A stretch of 64,000 nucleotides of DNA, from the NCBI GenBank assembly GCA_910586625.1, contig CAJUIZ010000004.1, forward strand, positions 43,529 to 107,528. The letters run 5' to 3'. Positions 9,428 to 17,739 of the stretch are shown here, one piece after another; the first letter of the stretch is position 1, and every line of letters starts with the position of its first letter. The notes under the pieces were generated by a model. It was not told the origin of the DNA, ran no database searches, and saw only the letters and a program-made list of their open reading frames with translations. The stretch is from an uncultured Christensenellaceae bacterium. Its GTDB lineage: Bacteria > Bacillota > Clostridia > Christensenellales > CAG-314. Made by a program: the position numbers and the translations under genes.

Positions 9428-11935
9428 TTACGCGCCTAAAAACCAACCCACTTGCGCGCCGACAGCCAAAGACGTATTGGCGCAGGCAATGAAGGTCATA
9501 ATAACCGCGTTGATAATACCGGCAAGCCAAGCGTTGCCCGTACGAACATACGTTCTGCGCGCTATAACCGTAGCGATACCTACGCAAGGAATAATGGGTA
9601 TAGCCGCGATATAGAACAGACTTGACGTTGCGATTTGCGTACCCGTACGGATAAAGTAATCGTTGGAAGCCCACAGCAGTATCACTACGCCTATAACGTT
9701 AAATACCACGTTGATTGCTATCGTAGCCCATTCGGGAAGATCTTTTACTCTGTAATTCTGACTGAACGCCGACGTTACCATGTAGAAGATAAAGAAGAAC
9801 GGGACGTATTGCAGCATTGCGGGAACGCGTACAAGGTCGAATACTCTGAGATCGAACGTCCAGAAGCGGAAGTCAACGTTGGACATTCCCCAAACGCCGA
9901 ACATAACGCCGTAGAATACCGCAAGAACGATAGCCGCGAGCAGCGGGGTTTTGAGTACGTTTTGCCAGCTGCGAATCTTGAAGCCGTCGAACGGGCGCTC
10001 GTTGTGAAGATGTGCGTCTTCGCCGTAGACAAACGTATTGATGCAGTAGTTGATAAACCAAATAACCACCGATACGATTATTGCGAATGCTGCGCACAAA
10101 ATTCCCCAAGCGGCGAATCTGGCGACTGTGTCGTTGTAAATAAACTTTTCGTTATCGAACATTTTCAGTAACGAATTGTAAATATGCCATTTGTCGTTGC
10201 CGTACATATTTCTCAAACTGTACGCGCCGAATATTGCGGTTAATATTCCCGAAAGCCAATATGTGACGTGCTTGCGCGGGCGGGTGAGAAGAACGGGACC
10301 TTCGGCAATTTCGCCTTCGGCAGCCTTCAAGGAAGCGAACAGCTTGGTGCCGAGAAGCATATCGAGTACGGGGAAGATAAGTCCGAACAAGCCAAGGAAA
10401 CCGAGCATAGAGAAGGCTTCTTTAAGCCACCAGGTTTGATTAGTCGGTGCAATATATCTGCCTACGGGAGATACGCCGAACGCATTGTAGAAGAAATCGA
10501 CTACGTGCGCTGCGGATTGAATCGAGAAGTGATTCATCGGGTGTGTTTCGCGCGCTTCGTATATTACGCGGATAGTATTTTCCGCAGAAGCTATCGCTTC
10601 GCCCTTTCTTTGAATGGATACGAGATTGCCGCGTTTGGGAACGGTGCGCTCGATTTTGCCGCCGCTTTCGGTGTCAAGAGTGTCGTATACCTTTACTTCG
10701 GGCTGATACTGCAGCTCGCCGTTGACGTAAATGCCGCCGTTTGCAACTTTGTATGCGTCAAGCGCCGCTACTTCCGTCTTGGATTTGCCCGTGACAAACG
10801 CCATTGCATTGACCGTATTCAAATACACGTACGCGCTGCCGCTATCGGTAAGAGTGTAGTATTGCTTGGACGGACGGAACTTCTGACCTTGGTCCTGCTT
10901 GACGTAGCCGTCCTTTTCTTTTAGATAATAGCCTGTGTAATTGTCTTCGTTGACGGATGCTTTGGAAACTCTTAAATACGCTTTTTCTTTAAGCGTGCTG
11001 TTAAAGAAAAATTCGTCTGCGGAAGCCTTCAATACGCCAGCCGCAAGTACGTTGCTGCCGATAGACGCGGGAGCGCCGTAACCGAACATATTGGTGACGT
11101 CGTTGGCTTGCGTAAGACCCGCGGAAATAATACCGAGATGGTAACCCGCCTTACGCCTGTCGTTGTTAGCCGTTGCCAACGTCTTTTGAGAATCTCCGGG
11201 TTTCAAGTCCTTATTAAGTTCAGCTGTTTCCTGTTGGATTATCTGGTCGGAATAAGTCGAATCTATACCGTCCAATTGCAAAGTGTTAATTGTTGCTCCG
11301 CCGCCCATCGAGTGACCGGATACGCCGATTTTACTTTGATCCACTATCGGCAAATTGTACAAATACTTTGCCGCTTGCAAGAAAATATACGGAGTGTAGC
11401 CGTAGTTTGCCTGCATACCGCCGGCGTCTATTTGATCCTGCGAAGCGTTGTGTCCGTGTCCGCCGTAGTCGATAGCCAAAACAACGTAGCCGCGGCGCAC
11501 CATTTCTATTACGTTTTGCAGCTGCATTTCGCGGTTATTATACAAGCCGTGCGTAAATACGATTGCGGGAACCTTATTTTCCGCGCTTGCTTTCTTGGGA
11601 ATGTAAAGCAAACCTGACGAAACGTAGCCTTTTACGTCGTAAGACGTATCGACCCCCGCGTCGTTAGGACGCGTGATTTTGCCGGAGTTGCTTACGTCAC
11701 GCAGGTCTTCCACCGTTGCCGACCAACCTGCCGTTTGGACAAGCGAGCCCACAAATGTTGCAAGCAGAATCAGCACAAGGCATACAGCCAGCATAAAAAT
11801 ACTGCGCTTGTTTCTATTGCGCCAAATCTTCAAAAACCAGTTATCCTTCTTCTCCTGCGCGGGAGCAGCGGAAGGCGTAACCGTTTCATGAACTTCGGGC
11901 TGTTGAGTTTCTTGAATTTGATCGCTCATATTCAT
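9428..11935 (-). CDS. Alpha/beta-hydrolase domain fused to a large polytopic membrane domain
   Basis: 835 aa. N-terminal TM helix, then a predicted exported hydrolase domain with nucleophile elbow GVSGHSMGGG, then about 9-10 hydrophobic helices in the C-terminal about 330 aa. The second ATG at 11929 has better spacing to SD AAGGAG. Confidence 0.7.
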   Translation of the reverse strand: MNMSDQIQETQQPEVHETVTPSAAPAQEKKDNWFLKIWRNRNKRSIFMLAVCLVLILLATFVGSLVQTAGWSATVEDLRDVSNSGKITRPNDAGVDTSYDVKGYVSSGLLYIPKKASAENKVPAIVFTHGLYNNREMQLQNVIEMVRRGYVVLAIDYGGHGHNASQDQIDAGGMQANYGYTPYIFLQAAKYLYNLPIVDQSKIGVSGHSMGGGATINTLQLDGIDSTYSDQIIQQETAELNKDLKPGDSQKTLATANNDRRKAGYHLGIISAGLTQANDVTNMFGYGAPASIGSNVLAAGVLKASADEFFFNSTLKEKAYLRVSKASVNEDNYTGYYLKEKDGYVKQDQGQKFRPSKQYYTLTDSGSAYVYLNTVNAMAFVTGKSKTEVAALDAYKVANGGIYVNGELQYQPEVKVYDTLDTESGGKIERTVPKRGNLVSIQRKGEAIASAENTIRVIYEARETHPMNHFSIQSAAHVVDFFYNAFGVSPVGRYIAPTNQTWWLKEAFSMLGFLGLFGLIFPVLDMLLGTKLFASLKAAEGEIAEGPVLLTRPRKHVTYWLSGILTAIFGAYSLRNMYGNDKWHIYNSLLKMFDNEKFIYNDTVARFAAWGILCAAFAIIVSVVIWFINYCINTFVYGEDAHLHNERPFDGFKIRSWQNVLKTPLLAAIVLAVFYGVMFGVWGMSNVDFRFWTFDLRVFDLVRVPAMLQYVPFFFIFYMVTSAFSQNYRVKDLPEWATIAINVVFNVIGVVILLWASNDYFIRTGTQIATSSLFYIAAIPIIPCVGIATVIARRTYVRTGNAWLAGIINAVIMTFIACANTSLAVGAQVGWFLGA

Positions 11936-12108
11936 TTTCTCCTTAATATTTTTATATCCTATTCCTTAACTGCAAGGAACAAATACCGAAAGAAAATATG
12001 TTATTACACCGTATGCCGATTTATTGCGATTTATCGTCGAAAAATCAAAATATACTTCGCATACGAAATAATTTACCTGTATACTGCCATTTATATAGCA
12101 AAAATATA

Positions 12109-12118
12109 CCCCCCCCCC
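12109..12118. repeat. C10 homopolymer tract in a divergent intergenic region
   Basis: Ten consecutive C residues counted directly, flanked by ATATAC ... GTATAC within an otherwise very AT-rich spacer. Confidence 0.9.
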
Positions 12119-12235
12119 GTATACTAATGTCAATACCAAAATGCAATAAAAAAATTTTTATTATTATTTTCATTATACAAATGTTAACACTACCGCATTT
12201 ACGCTTGCGTGCGTACTGTTATTTTGCAAGTAAAA

Positions 12236-12264
12236 TTGACAACGCTTTTATACGATGGTATAAT
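12236..12264 (+). promoter_or_regulatory. Sigma-A type promoter with extended -10 for the 12326-17605 operon
   Basis: TTGACA (12236-12241), 17-nt spacer ending in TGG, TATAAT (12259-12264). Located about 60 nt upstream of the first ATG. Confidence 0.6.
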
Positions 12265-12325
12265 AATATTATGTCGTACGGACGGCAAAGCCGTATTAAC
12301 AAGAAAACGTAAAAGGAAGAATTAA

Positions 12326-12817
12326 ATGAAACGGATTACTTCGGAAGAAATGCGCTACAAGGTGCCGAAAGTAAAAAACCGATTTATAGCCGCGCACGCA
12401 AAATTTATTATCGCATGCGCGCTATTTGCGGTTATATCTATTATTCTGTTCGCCAGCTTTGCGTATATTGCCGAAAGCAGAAAGTTAGAGCCCAAACGCG
12501 CGTTTGTTTTTACATGCGACGTACAAGACATAGATGCCTGCAACAAAGTAGCCGATAAGTTTACGCAGACGGCAGAAATATACTTTGCAAAATACGACGA
12601 GCAATTCGCTTACAACAACGAAAAATACTCGTTCGATTTTTCCTGCGTGTGTAATACGGAATTCAAAATCGAAATCGACGAAAACACCGCGCTTGTATTA
12701 TTCAAAAACAACCGCAGTTCGTATTACGACTATACCTTCGAAAAACTGGAATTATCAAACGGCGCGCTTAGCGCCGAGCAAGTGGAACAAATAGTAAGGG
12801 AGATACTGACAAAATGA
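12326..12817 (+). CDS. Small single-pass membrane protein with a Cys-containing extracytoplasmic domain (hypothetical)
   Basis: 163 aa. SD AAGGAAG 7 nt upstream, basic N-tail, one TM helix (FIIACALFAVISIILFASFAYI) and an about 110-aa C-terminal domain. Its stop overlaps the next start (ATGA at 12814-12817). Confidence 0.7.
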   Translation: MKRITSEEMRYKVPKVKNRFIAAHAKFIIACALFAVISIILFASFAYIAESRKLEPKRAFVFTCDVQDIDACNKVADKFTQTAEIYFAKYDEQFAYNNEKYSFDFSCVCNTEFKIEIDENTALVLFKNNRSSYYDYTFEKLELSNGALSAEQVEQIVREILTK

Positions 12818-15800
12818 GTAATATATCTTTTTTTGTATCCAGCACCTTCAACGATATGCAAAGCGAACGCGATATCATACGCGACAGAATAGCTCCCGAA
12901 ATAGACGAACGTATCAAACGTTACGGACAGAACTTGGAATTTATAGATTTGCGTTGGGGAATAGACACCAAAGGAGAAAACGAGAACGACGCCAACGCAA
13001 AAATTTTACGTACCTGCTTTGACGAAATTCAAAAGACAAAGCCCTACTTCGTAGCCCTTATAGGCGAACGGTACGGTTGGATACCCGACGCCGACGACGT
13101 AACGGCGGCGTTATTAGACAACGGCGTGGAAGTTACGGACGAACTGCTGAACAAGAGCATTACCGAATTGGAAATAGAATGCGCCTTACGCAGCTATCCA
13201 TTTATGGACAGATGCGTATTCTACTTCCGCGACGAAATAGATTACGGCAGCGACGAACAGGCCAAAAAGAATTTCGTATCGCACGGAAAAGACAAAGAAA
13301 AAGTAGCTCTGCTCAAAAAGAAGCTGACGGAATTGTATCCGAAACAAATTCGTACTTATTCGGCGAAATGGAACAAAGAGCTTCAAAGAATCGAAGGATT
13401 GGAAGAATTCGGCAAATCGCTGTTCAACGATGTAATTACTACGCTCGAAACTGACCTTGAAAAAACAGCGGCGCCGCAGAATCCTATAGAAGAAAGCCTG
13501 AACGTACAAAAAGGACTTATAGACAGGTTGTCGGCAACGTTTTCCGGAAGAAGCCCCGAGCTTCGACTTATAGACGAATTTTCACGCTCGGACAAATGCG
13601 TAATGCTGCTTACGGGGCAATCGGGCAGCGGAAAAAGCTCGCTGCTGGCAAAAGCCGTAACCCTGTTAAGCGATAACGCCTGCGTATTGCCTTTCTTCGT
13701 TGGCGCAGACGAAAATGCGTGTTCGGTAGAAAATATGCTAAAATCAATCGTATTCGTACTGTCTGAAAAGCTGAACGCGCCGCTATGCTTTCAGCCGAAC
13801 GAACGCGAATGCGACTACGGCGCGATATTAAAACAATTTTACTCTCTTATAAATACGGCGGCGTTGGATCGCGACGTTTATTTGGTTATAGACGCGATAA
13901 ACCAATTTGCGCGCACGCCCTACGAAGCGGATATGAAGTGGCTTAATCTGCATTCGTTAAACCCCAATGTCAAGCTGATTATTTCGTCTACACCCGATTA
14001 CTACCAACTTAGATTTATCGAAGCGTTGCGCCCAATGTCGGTTAATCTGGATTATTTTACGTTAGACGACGTAGAGTCCGTTGCGCGGAGATACTTCAAA
14101 ATAAACCACAAAGAGATAAACGATGCCGTATTGAAAGAGATAACGCTTAAAGGCGGCGATAAATACAATCCCTGCAGAGAGCCTATATATCTGCTGTCCC
14201 TGTTGCAGGAGCTGACCAATATCGGCAAGGAAGACTTCCGAGAAATAAAACGGCGCGAAGCCGCGCTGGGCGAAAACGCCGGAGACGCAATAATAAACTA
14301 CTTGGCGGATATCGCGCGAAACGCTCCGAACAAGCTGAATTTGCAATTGGAAACGCTATACGGCAAGATATGCTCGCTAATCGGCGAACGCGAAACGGCG
14401 TTATACGTTTGCTCTATTGCCGTAAGCCGTCAAGGAATGGATGAAAAATTTATAGAAAAAATTTCCGAAAAAATCGGCGTTCCTTTCCACTCCGCTACTT
14501 TTTCCTACTTTCGTAAACTGTTAAAAAACGACTTGTACCAACGGGAAAACGGCAAGTGGGAGTTTTCGCACGCATTGGTCAAAAACTACTACCGTTCGCG
14601 ATTCGACAGGCAATATGTCGACAGCATACTGTCCGCAGTTATAGACCGTCTCGACGAAACAGACGACGACAATTCTTTCAAAAAGACGGAATACGCTTAT
14701 TATCTGACGATGGCGAACAAGCCCGAACTGTTTACCGCGTACTATTGCAGAATGAAAAACGACGACCAAGTACGCAATTCGCTTGTTAACGAATTACAAC
14801 AGTTGGACGCGCGGTCGGACGTGCCGTCAAGACTGCTTGCACCAAACGGAACGCCGTGCAAAGAAATGTGGACGTTCTTCTACGAAACGATAGAAAACGG
14901 TTTGTACGCGCCCCAAAACTCCGAAGCGTACGCTTGCGCCGCACTGAACTCGATATACCTGACGGAATATGCAAACGACGAACAGGCGTTGTACGCGATA
15001 TTCCGCGTCTACTACGCGTTGGGACAAGTGGCAGTTCGCTCGGGATATTACAATGCTGCCAAAGACTATCTTCATATGGCGTTGTCTATCGTTTCACAGC
15101 GTACCGAATCGTACAAAGTAAGACTATACGCTTTACTTGCCGACTGTTACTACAACACGGGCGACAGTCTATCCGAGCGCAAATACGACAACCTGCGCGA
15201 AAAAGAATTGCTTGCAAGCGAACCGAGCGCAAAACAAACGCAAGAGCTATTGCACTACCTGTACGAAGACAGCTTGCAAAAGGTTCAAGGCATATTGCCT
15301 TGGCGCAAAACCGTTACAGCCCACTTGAATAAAATGCAATCGCTGTTACAGCTGAATTTACTTGACGAACAGGAAACCTGCCTGTGGATTGCAAAAATAC
15401 TGCGGATAGTATCTCGGTTTGCAATGCCGAAAGGGCAGTACGACGACGAAACGGCGCGCGCAATAAAATTTGCCGACGAAGCGCCGTCCTTGCTCGGGGC
15501 GGAATGTCTGTACGCCGCGGCGCTGTATACAGCTAATTCGGACACTACCAAGGCATATGAGCTTGCGCAAAAATCTCACGCTAAAATAACGGAAGCGTTA
15601 AAAACGGATAACGGCGCGGAAACGCTCGCACTGTCTAACGAAATACTCAATCTGCTGATATACTTTGCCGATGTTTTCAAAGATAACGACACCGAGTTAA
15701 TTAAACAACGCGCGGAAACGCTTGCGCGGCTAAACCTTTTGGCTCCGACATACGAGACGGTATGCGAAGAAATACGGTTGCTCAAAAAGGAAGATAACGG

Positions 15801-16638
15801 CGAAATCAAAACAAAAAAACTGAAAACAAGTAAAAAATTACGCAGAGAATCATCACGCGAACAGGTTACGGCAGAACAAAAAGCCGTAAACAAAATACTG
15901 CTGCTGATAGTTGCGGGCGTTTTGGCAGTGTTCGCCGTAGGTATGCCGATATTCTTTTCGCTTATGCGTTCATCGATACATACGGTTTTCGGTTACGGCA
16001 GTACGCCCTACTATTTATTTATAAATTTCTTTGTGGAAGCACTATTCGAAACGTTTTTCAATATGTTTTTCTGCTTCGGCGCGTACGGCTTACTGCAAAT
16101 ACTCTACCCCGCTTCCGACTACAAAAAGCGCAAGATATGGATAAAGCGTTCGGCAGTATTTTTTGCGCTGGCGGCGATTGTAACGATTGTATACGCTCTT
16201 GTATGGAATCATAACTACGAAACGAATATTATAACTTCGGGAAATTTCGAAAACTACGAAATATACGTTATGTCGTTACTTGTAACCGAAATGATGCTTG
16301 TAATGATGACGTTAAACGAAGCTATGTCTTTTGCTACGTACGAACGACCGTTGACATCACAAGCGGATAACCGCGAACGGTTTGTAAACAATTTGAGAGC
16401 GAACCTGCTTAACGCGCTTATTAAGCTGCTTATGCTGGGCGTTTGCGTAACGGTATATCGGCTTGCGTACGCCTACCTAAACGCGAATTACACTCAACGA
16501 CTTGCCGATTCGTTACTGATATTTTCCAACGCGCTGTATTACTCCTTTGCGGGAGCGATTGCGTTTGTAATAATAGCAAAAGCCGTATACTTTATATTGG
16601 AATATTCAAGGAGAAAATATGGGAAAGCTCCGCGTTAA
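12814..16638 (+). CDS. DUF4062-like / STAND (NACHT-like) P-loop NTPase / TPR-like repeats / C-terminal about 6-TM domain protein
   Basis: 1274 aa with SD AAGGGAGA upstream. N-terminus FFVSSTFNDMQSERD...FIDLRWGI...SITELEIECAL (DUF4062-type signature as in NWD1/NPHP3-type proteins). Walker A GQSGSGKS (13615-13638). Walker B-like VYLVIDAINQ (Asp at 13891-13893). TPR-like helices (e.g. YYALGQVAVRSGYYNAAKDYLHMAL). K/R-rich linker, then about 6 hydrophobic helices (about 15890-16600). Confidence 0.8.
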   Translation: MSNISFFVSSTFNDMQSERDIIRDRIAPEIDERIKRYGQNLEFIDLRWGIDTKGENENDANAKILRTCFDEIQKTKPYFVALIGERYGWIPDADDVTAALLDNGVEVTDELLNKSITELEIECALRSYPFMDRCVFYFRDEIDYGSDEQAKKNFVSHGKDKEKVALLKKKLTELYPKQIRTYSAKWNKELQRIEGLEEFGKSLFNDVITTLETDLEKTAAPQNPIEESLNVQKGLIDRLSATFSGRSPELRLIDEFSRSDKCVMLLTGQSGSGKSSLLAKAVTLLSDNACVLPFFVGADENACSVENMLKSIVFVLSEKLNAPLCFQPNERECDYGAILKQFYSLINTAALDRDVYLVIDAINQFARTPYEADMKWLNLHSLNPNVKLIISSTPDYYQLRFIEALRPMSVNLDYFTLDDVESVARRYFKINHKEINDAVLKEITLKGGDKYNPCREPIYLLSLLQELTNIGKEDFREIKRREAALGENAGDAIINYLADIARNAPNKLNLQLETLYGKICSLIGERETALYVCSIAVSRQGMDEKFIEKISEKIGVPFHSATFSYFRKLLKNDLYQRENGKWEFSHALVKNYYRSRFDRQYVDSILSAVIDRLDETDDDNSFKKTEYAYYLTMANKPELFTAYYCRMKNDDQVRNSLVNELQQLDARSDVPSRLLAPNGTPCKEMWTFFYETIENGLYAPQNSEAYACAALNSIYLTEYANDEQALYAIFRVYYALGQVAVRSGYYNAAKDYLHMALSIVSQRTESYKVRLYALLADCYYNTGDSLSERKYDNLREKELLASEPSAKQTQELLHYLYEDSLQKVQGILPWRKTVTAHLNKMQSLLQLNLLDEQETCLWIAKILRIVSRFAMPKGQYDDETARAIKFADEAPSLLGAECLYAAALYTANSDTTKAYELAQKSHAKITEALKTDNGAETLALSNEILNLLIYFADVFKDNDTELIKQRAETLARLNLLAPTYETVCEEIRLLKKEDNGEIKTKKLKTSKKLRRESSREQVTAEQKAVNKILLLIVAGVLAVFAVGMPIFFSLMRSSIHTVFGYGSTPYYLFINFFVEALFETFFNMFFCFGAYGLLQILYPASDYKKRKIWIKRSAVFFALAAIVTIVYALVWNHNYETNIITSGNFENYEIYVMSLLVTEMMLVMMTLNEAMSFATYERPLTSQADNRERFVNNLRANLLNALIKLLMLGVCVTVYRLAYAYLNANYTQRLADSLLIFSNALYYSFAGAIAFVIIAKAVYFILEYSRRKYGKAPR

Positions 16639-17605
16639 ATATCTTGTAATAGCGTTAGTATTTGCTCTGCTCGCCGTATTGGGCGGAATAACCGCGTATT
16701 TGAATAAAGACTCCGTTGTGTTCGCCGCCTTTCGGCACGGGGCGGGAACGGAAGAAGATCCCTACCGCATTTACAACGATAATCAACTGTACAACTTACA
16801 GGAAATTTCGTCCAGCTCCGTAGCAAGAGAACGCACAAAAGGCAAGTATTTCAAGCTGATGAATAATCTGAAAGGAACGTACCGTACGCAGCAAAACTCC
16901 TACGGATTTTACGGGGTTTTGGACGGAAACGGATGTACCGTTACGCTTAGTAAATATTCCTTGTTCTACATTTTGAAAGAAGCTTCGACGGTAAAAAATT
17001 TAACCGTCGTAAAGAACGACAATATATATGTCGCAGGAGATGTTTATGCGTTGGCTATGTACATAAACAACGGCGCGACAGTGGACAACTGCACATTCAA
17101 CTGCAACGCCACAATATATATTCCGTCTAAAATGACGCCTGCGCCCATTACGTACACCGCTTGCTGCAAATTTAACAACGGCATTATAAAAAACTGCGAA
17201 TTTAATACCGACATATCTATGCTATACGCAGACGACGAAAATCACGGAAAGTTCGGTTATATTTATATTGCCGCCGTCGCTTACGGCGGAGTGGGCGAAG
17301 GTACAATCGACAACTGCGTAGTAAACGGGAATTTTTCTCTTATTACCGCAGGCATTGCGACTTTTCAGACAGCGGGCATCGCCATTGATAAAAACAACGT
17401 CAGTAACTGCACGTTTAACGGAGATATTAGGGTCAAATACCGTTCCGGCAAAATATATCCGTTCGTTTACGGGCTTACAATAAATAAGGTAACGAACTGC
17501 GTGTTTAACGGCAACGTTTACGCCGATTTTACACCGTACAAATACGGCATAGCAGGGAAAGACAGCACCGTTACTCATAACGGAGAAATAATCATCACGC
17601 CTTAA
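16619..17605 (+). CDS. Signal-anchored parallel beta-helix / GLUG-like repeat surface protein
   Basis: 328 aa. SD AAGGAG 6 nt upstream and a start 20 nt inside the upstream gene. N-terminal hydrophobic anchor YLVIALVFALLAVLGGITAYL. GTEEDPYRIYNDNQLYNL entry motif. Five periodic x-N-C-x-F/V-N rungs (AACTGC at 17087, 17192, 17312, 17405, 17495). Confidence 0.7.
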   Translation: MGKLRVKYLVIALVFALLAVLGGITAYLNKDSVVFAAFRHGAGTEEDPYRIYNDNQLYNLQEISSSSVARERTKGKYFKLMNNLKGTYRTQQNSYGFYGVLDGNGCTVTLSKYSLFYILKEASTVKNLTVVKNDNIYVAGDVYALAMYINNGATVDNCTFNCNATIYIPSKMTPAPITYTACCKFNNGIIKNCEFNTDISMLYADDENHGKFGYIYIAAVAYGGVGEGTIDNCVVNGNFSLITAGIATFQTAGIAIDKNNVSNCTFNGDIRVKYRSGKIYPFVYGLTINKVTNCVFNGNVYADFTPYKYGIAGKDSTVTHNGEIIITP

Positions 17606-17739
17606 TAAAAAATTCGCAAAAAATTTTAAGGAAAATTTTACCGAGAAACGCTGACAAAAACTCAATAAAAGTATTGCGCGCGCTGTGCAATGCAAGTAAA
17701 ACCGATTAAGCTCGGCAAACTCAAATTTATTATTTACTT

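Noticed and set aside
11735-12312. ORFs 11735-12127 (130 aa) and 11998-12312 (104 aa) in the divergent intergenic region.
   Set aside because: Their sequence is extremely AT-rich and low-complexity (Ile/Tyr/Lys/Phe-rich), they have no SD, and they span the C10 tract and the promoter elements. I interpret this as regulatory spacer, not coding.
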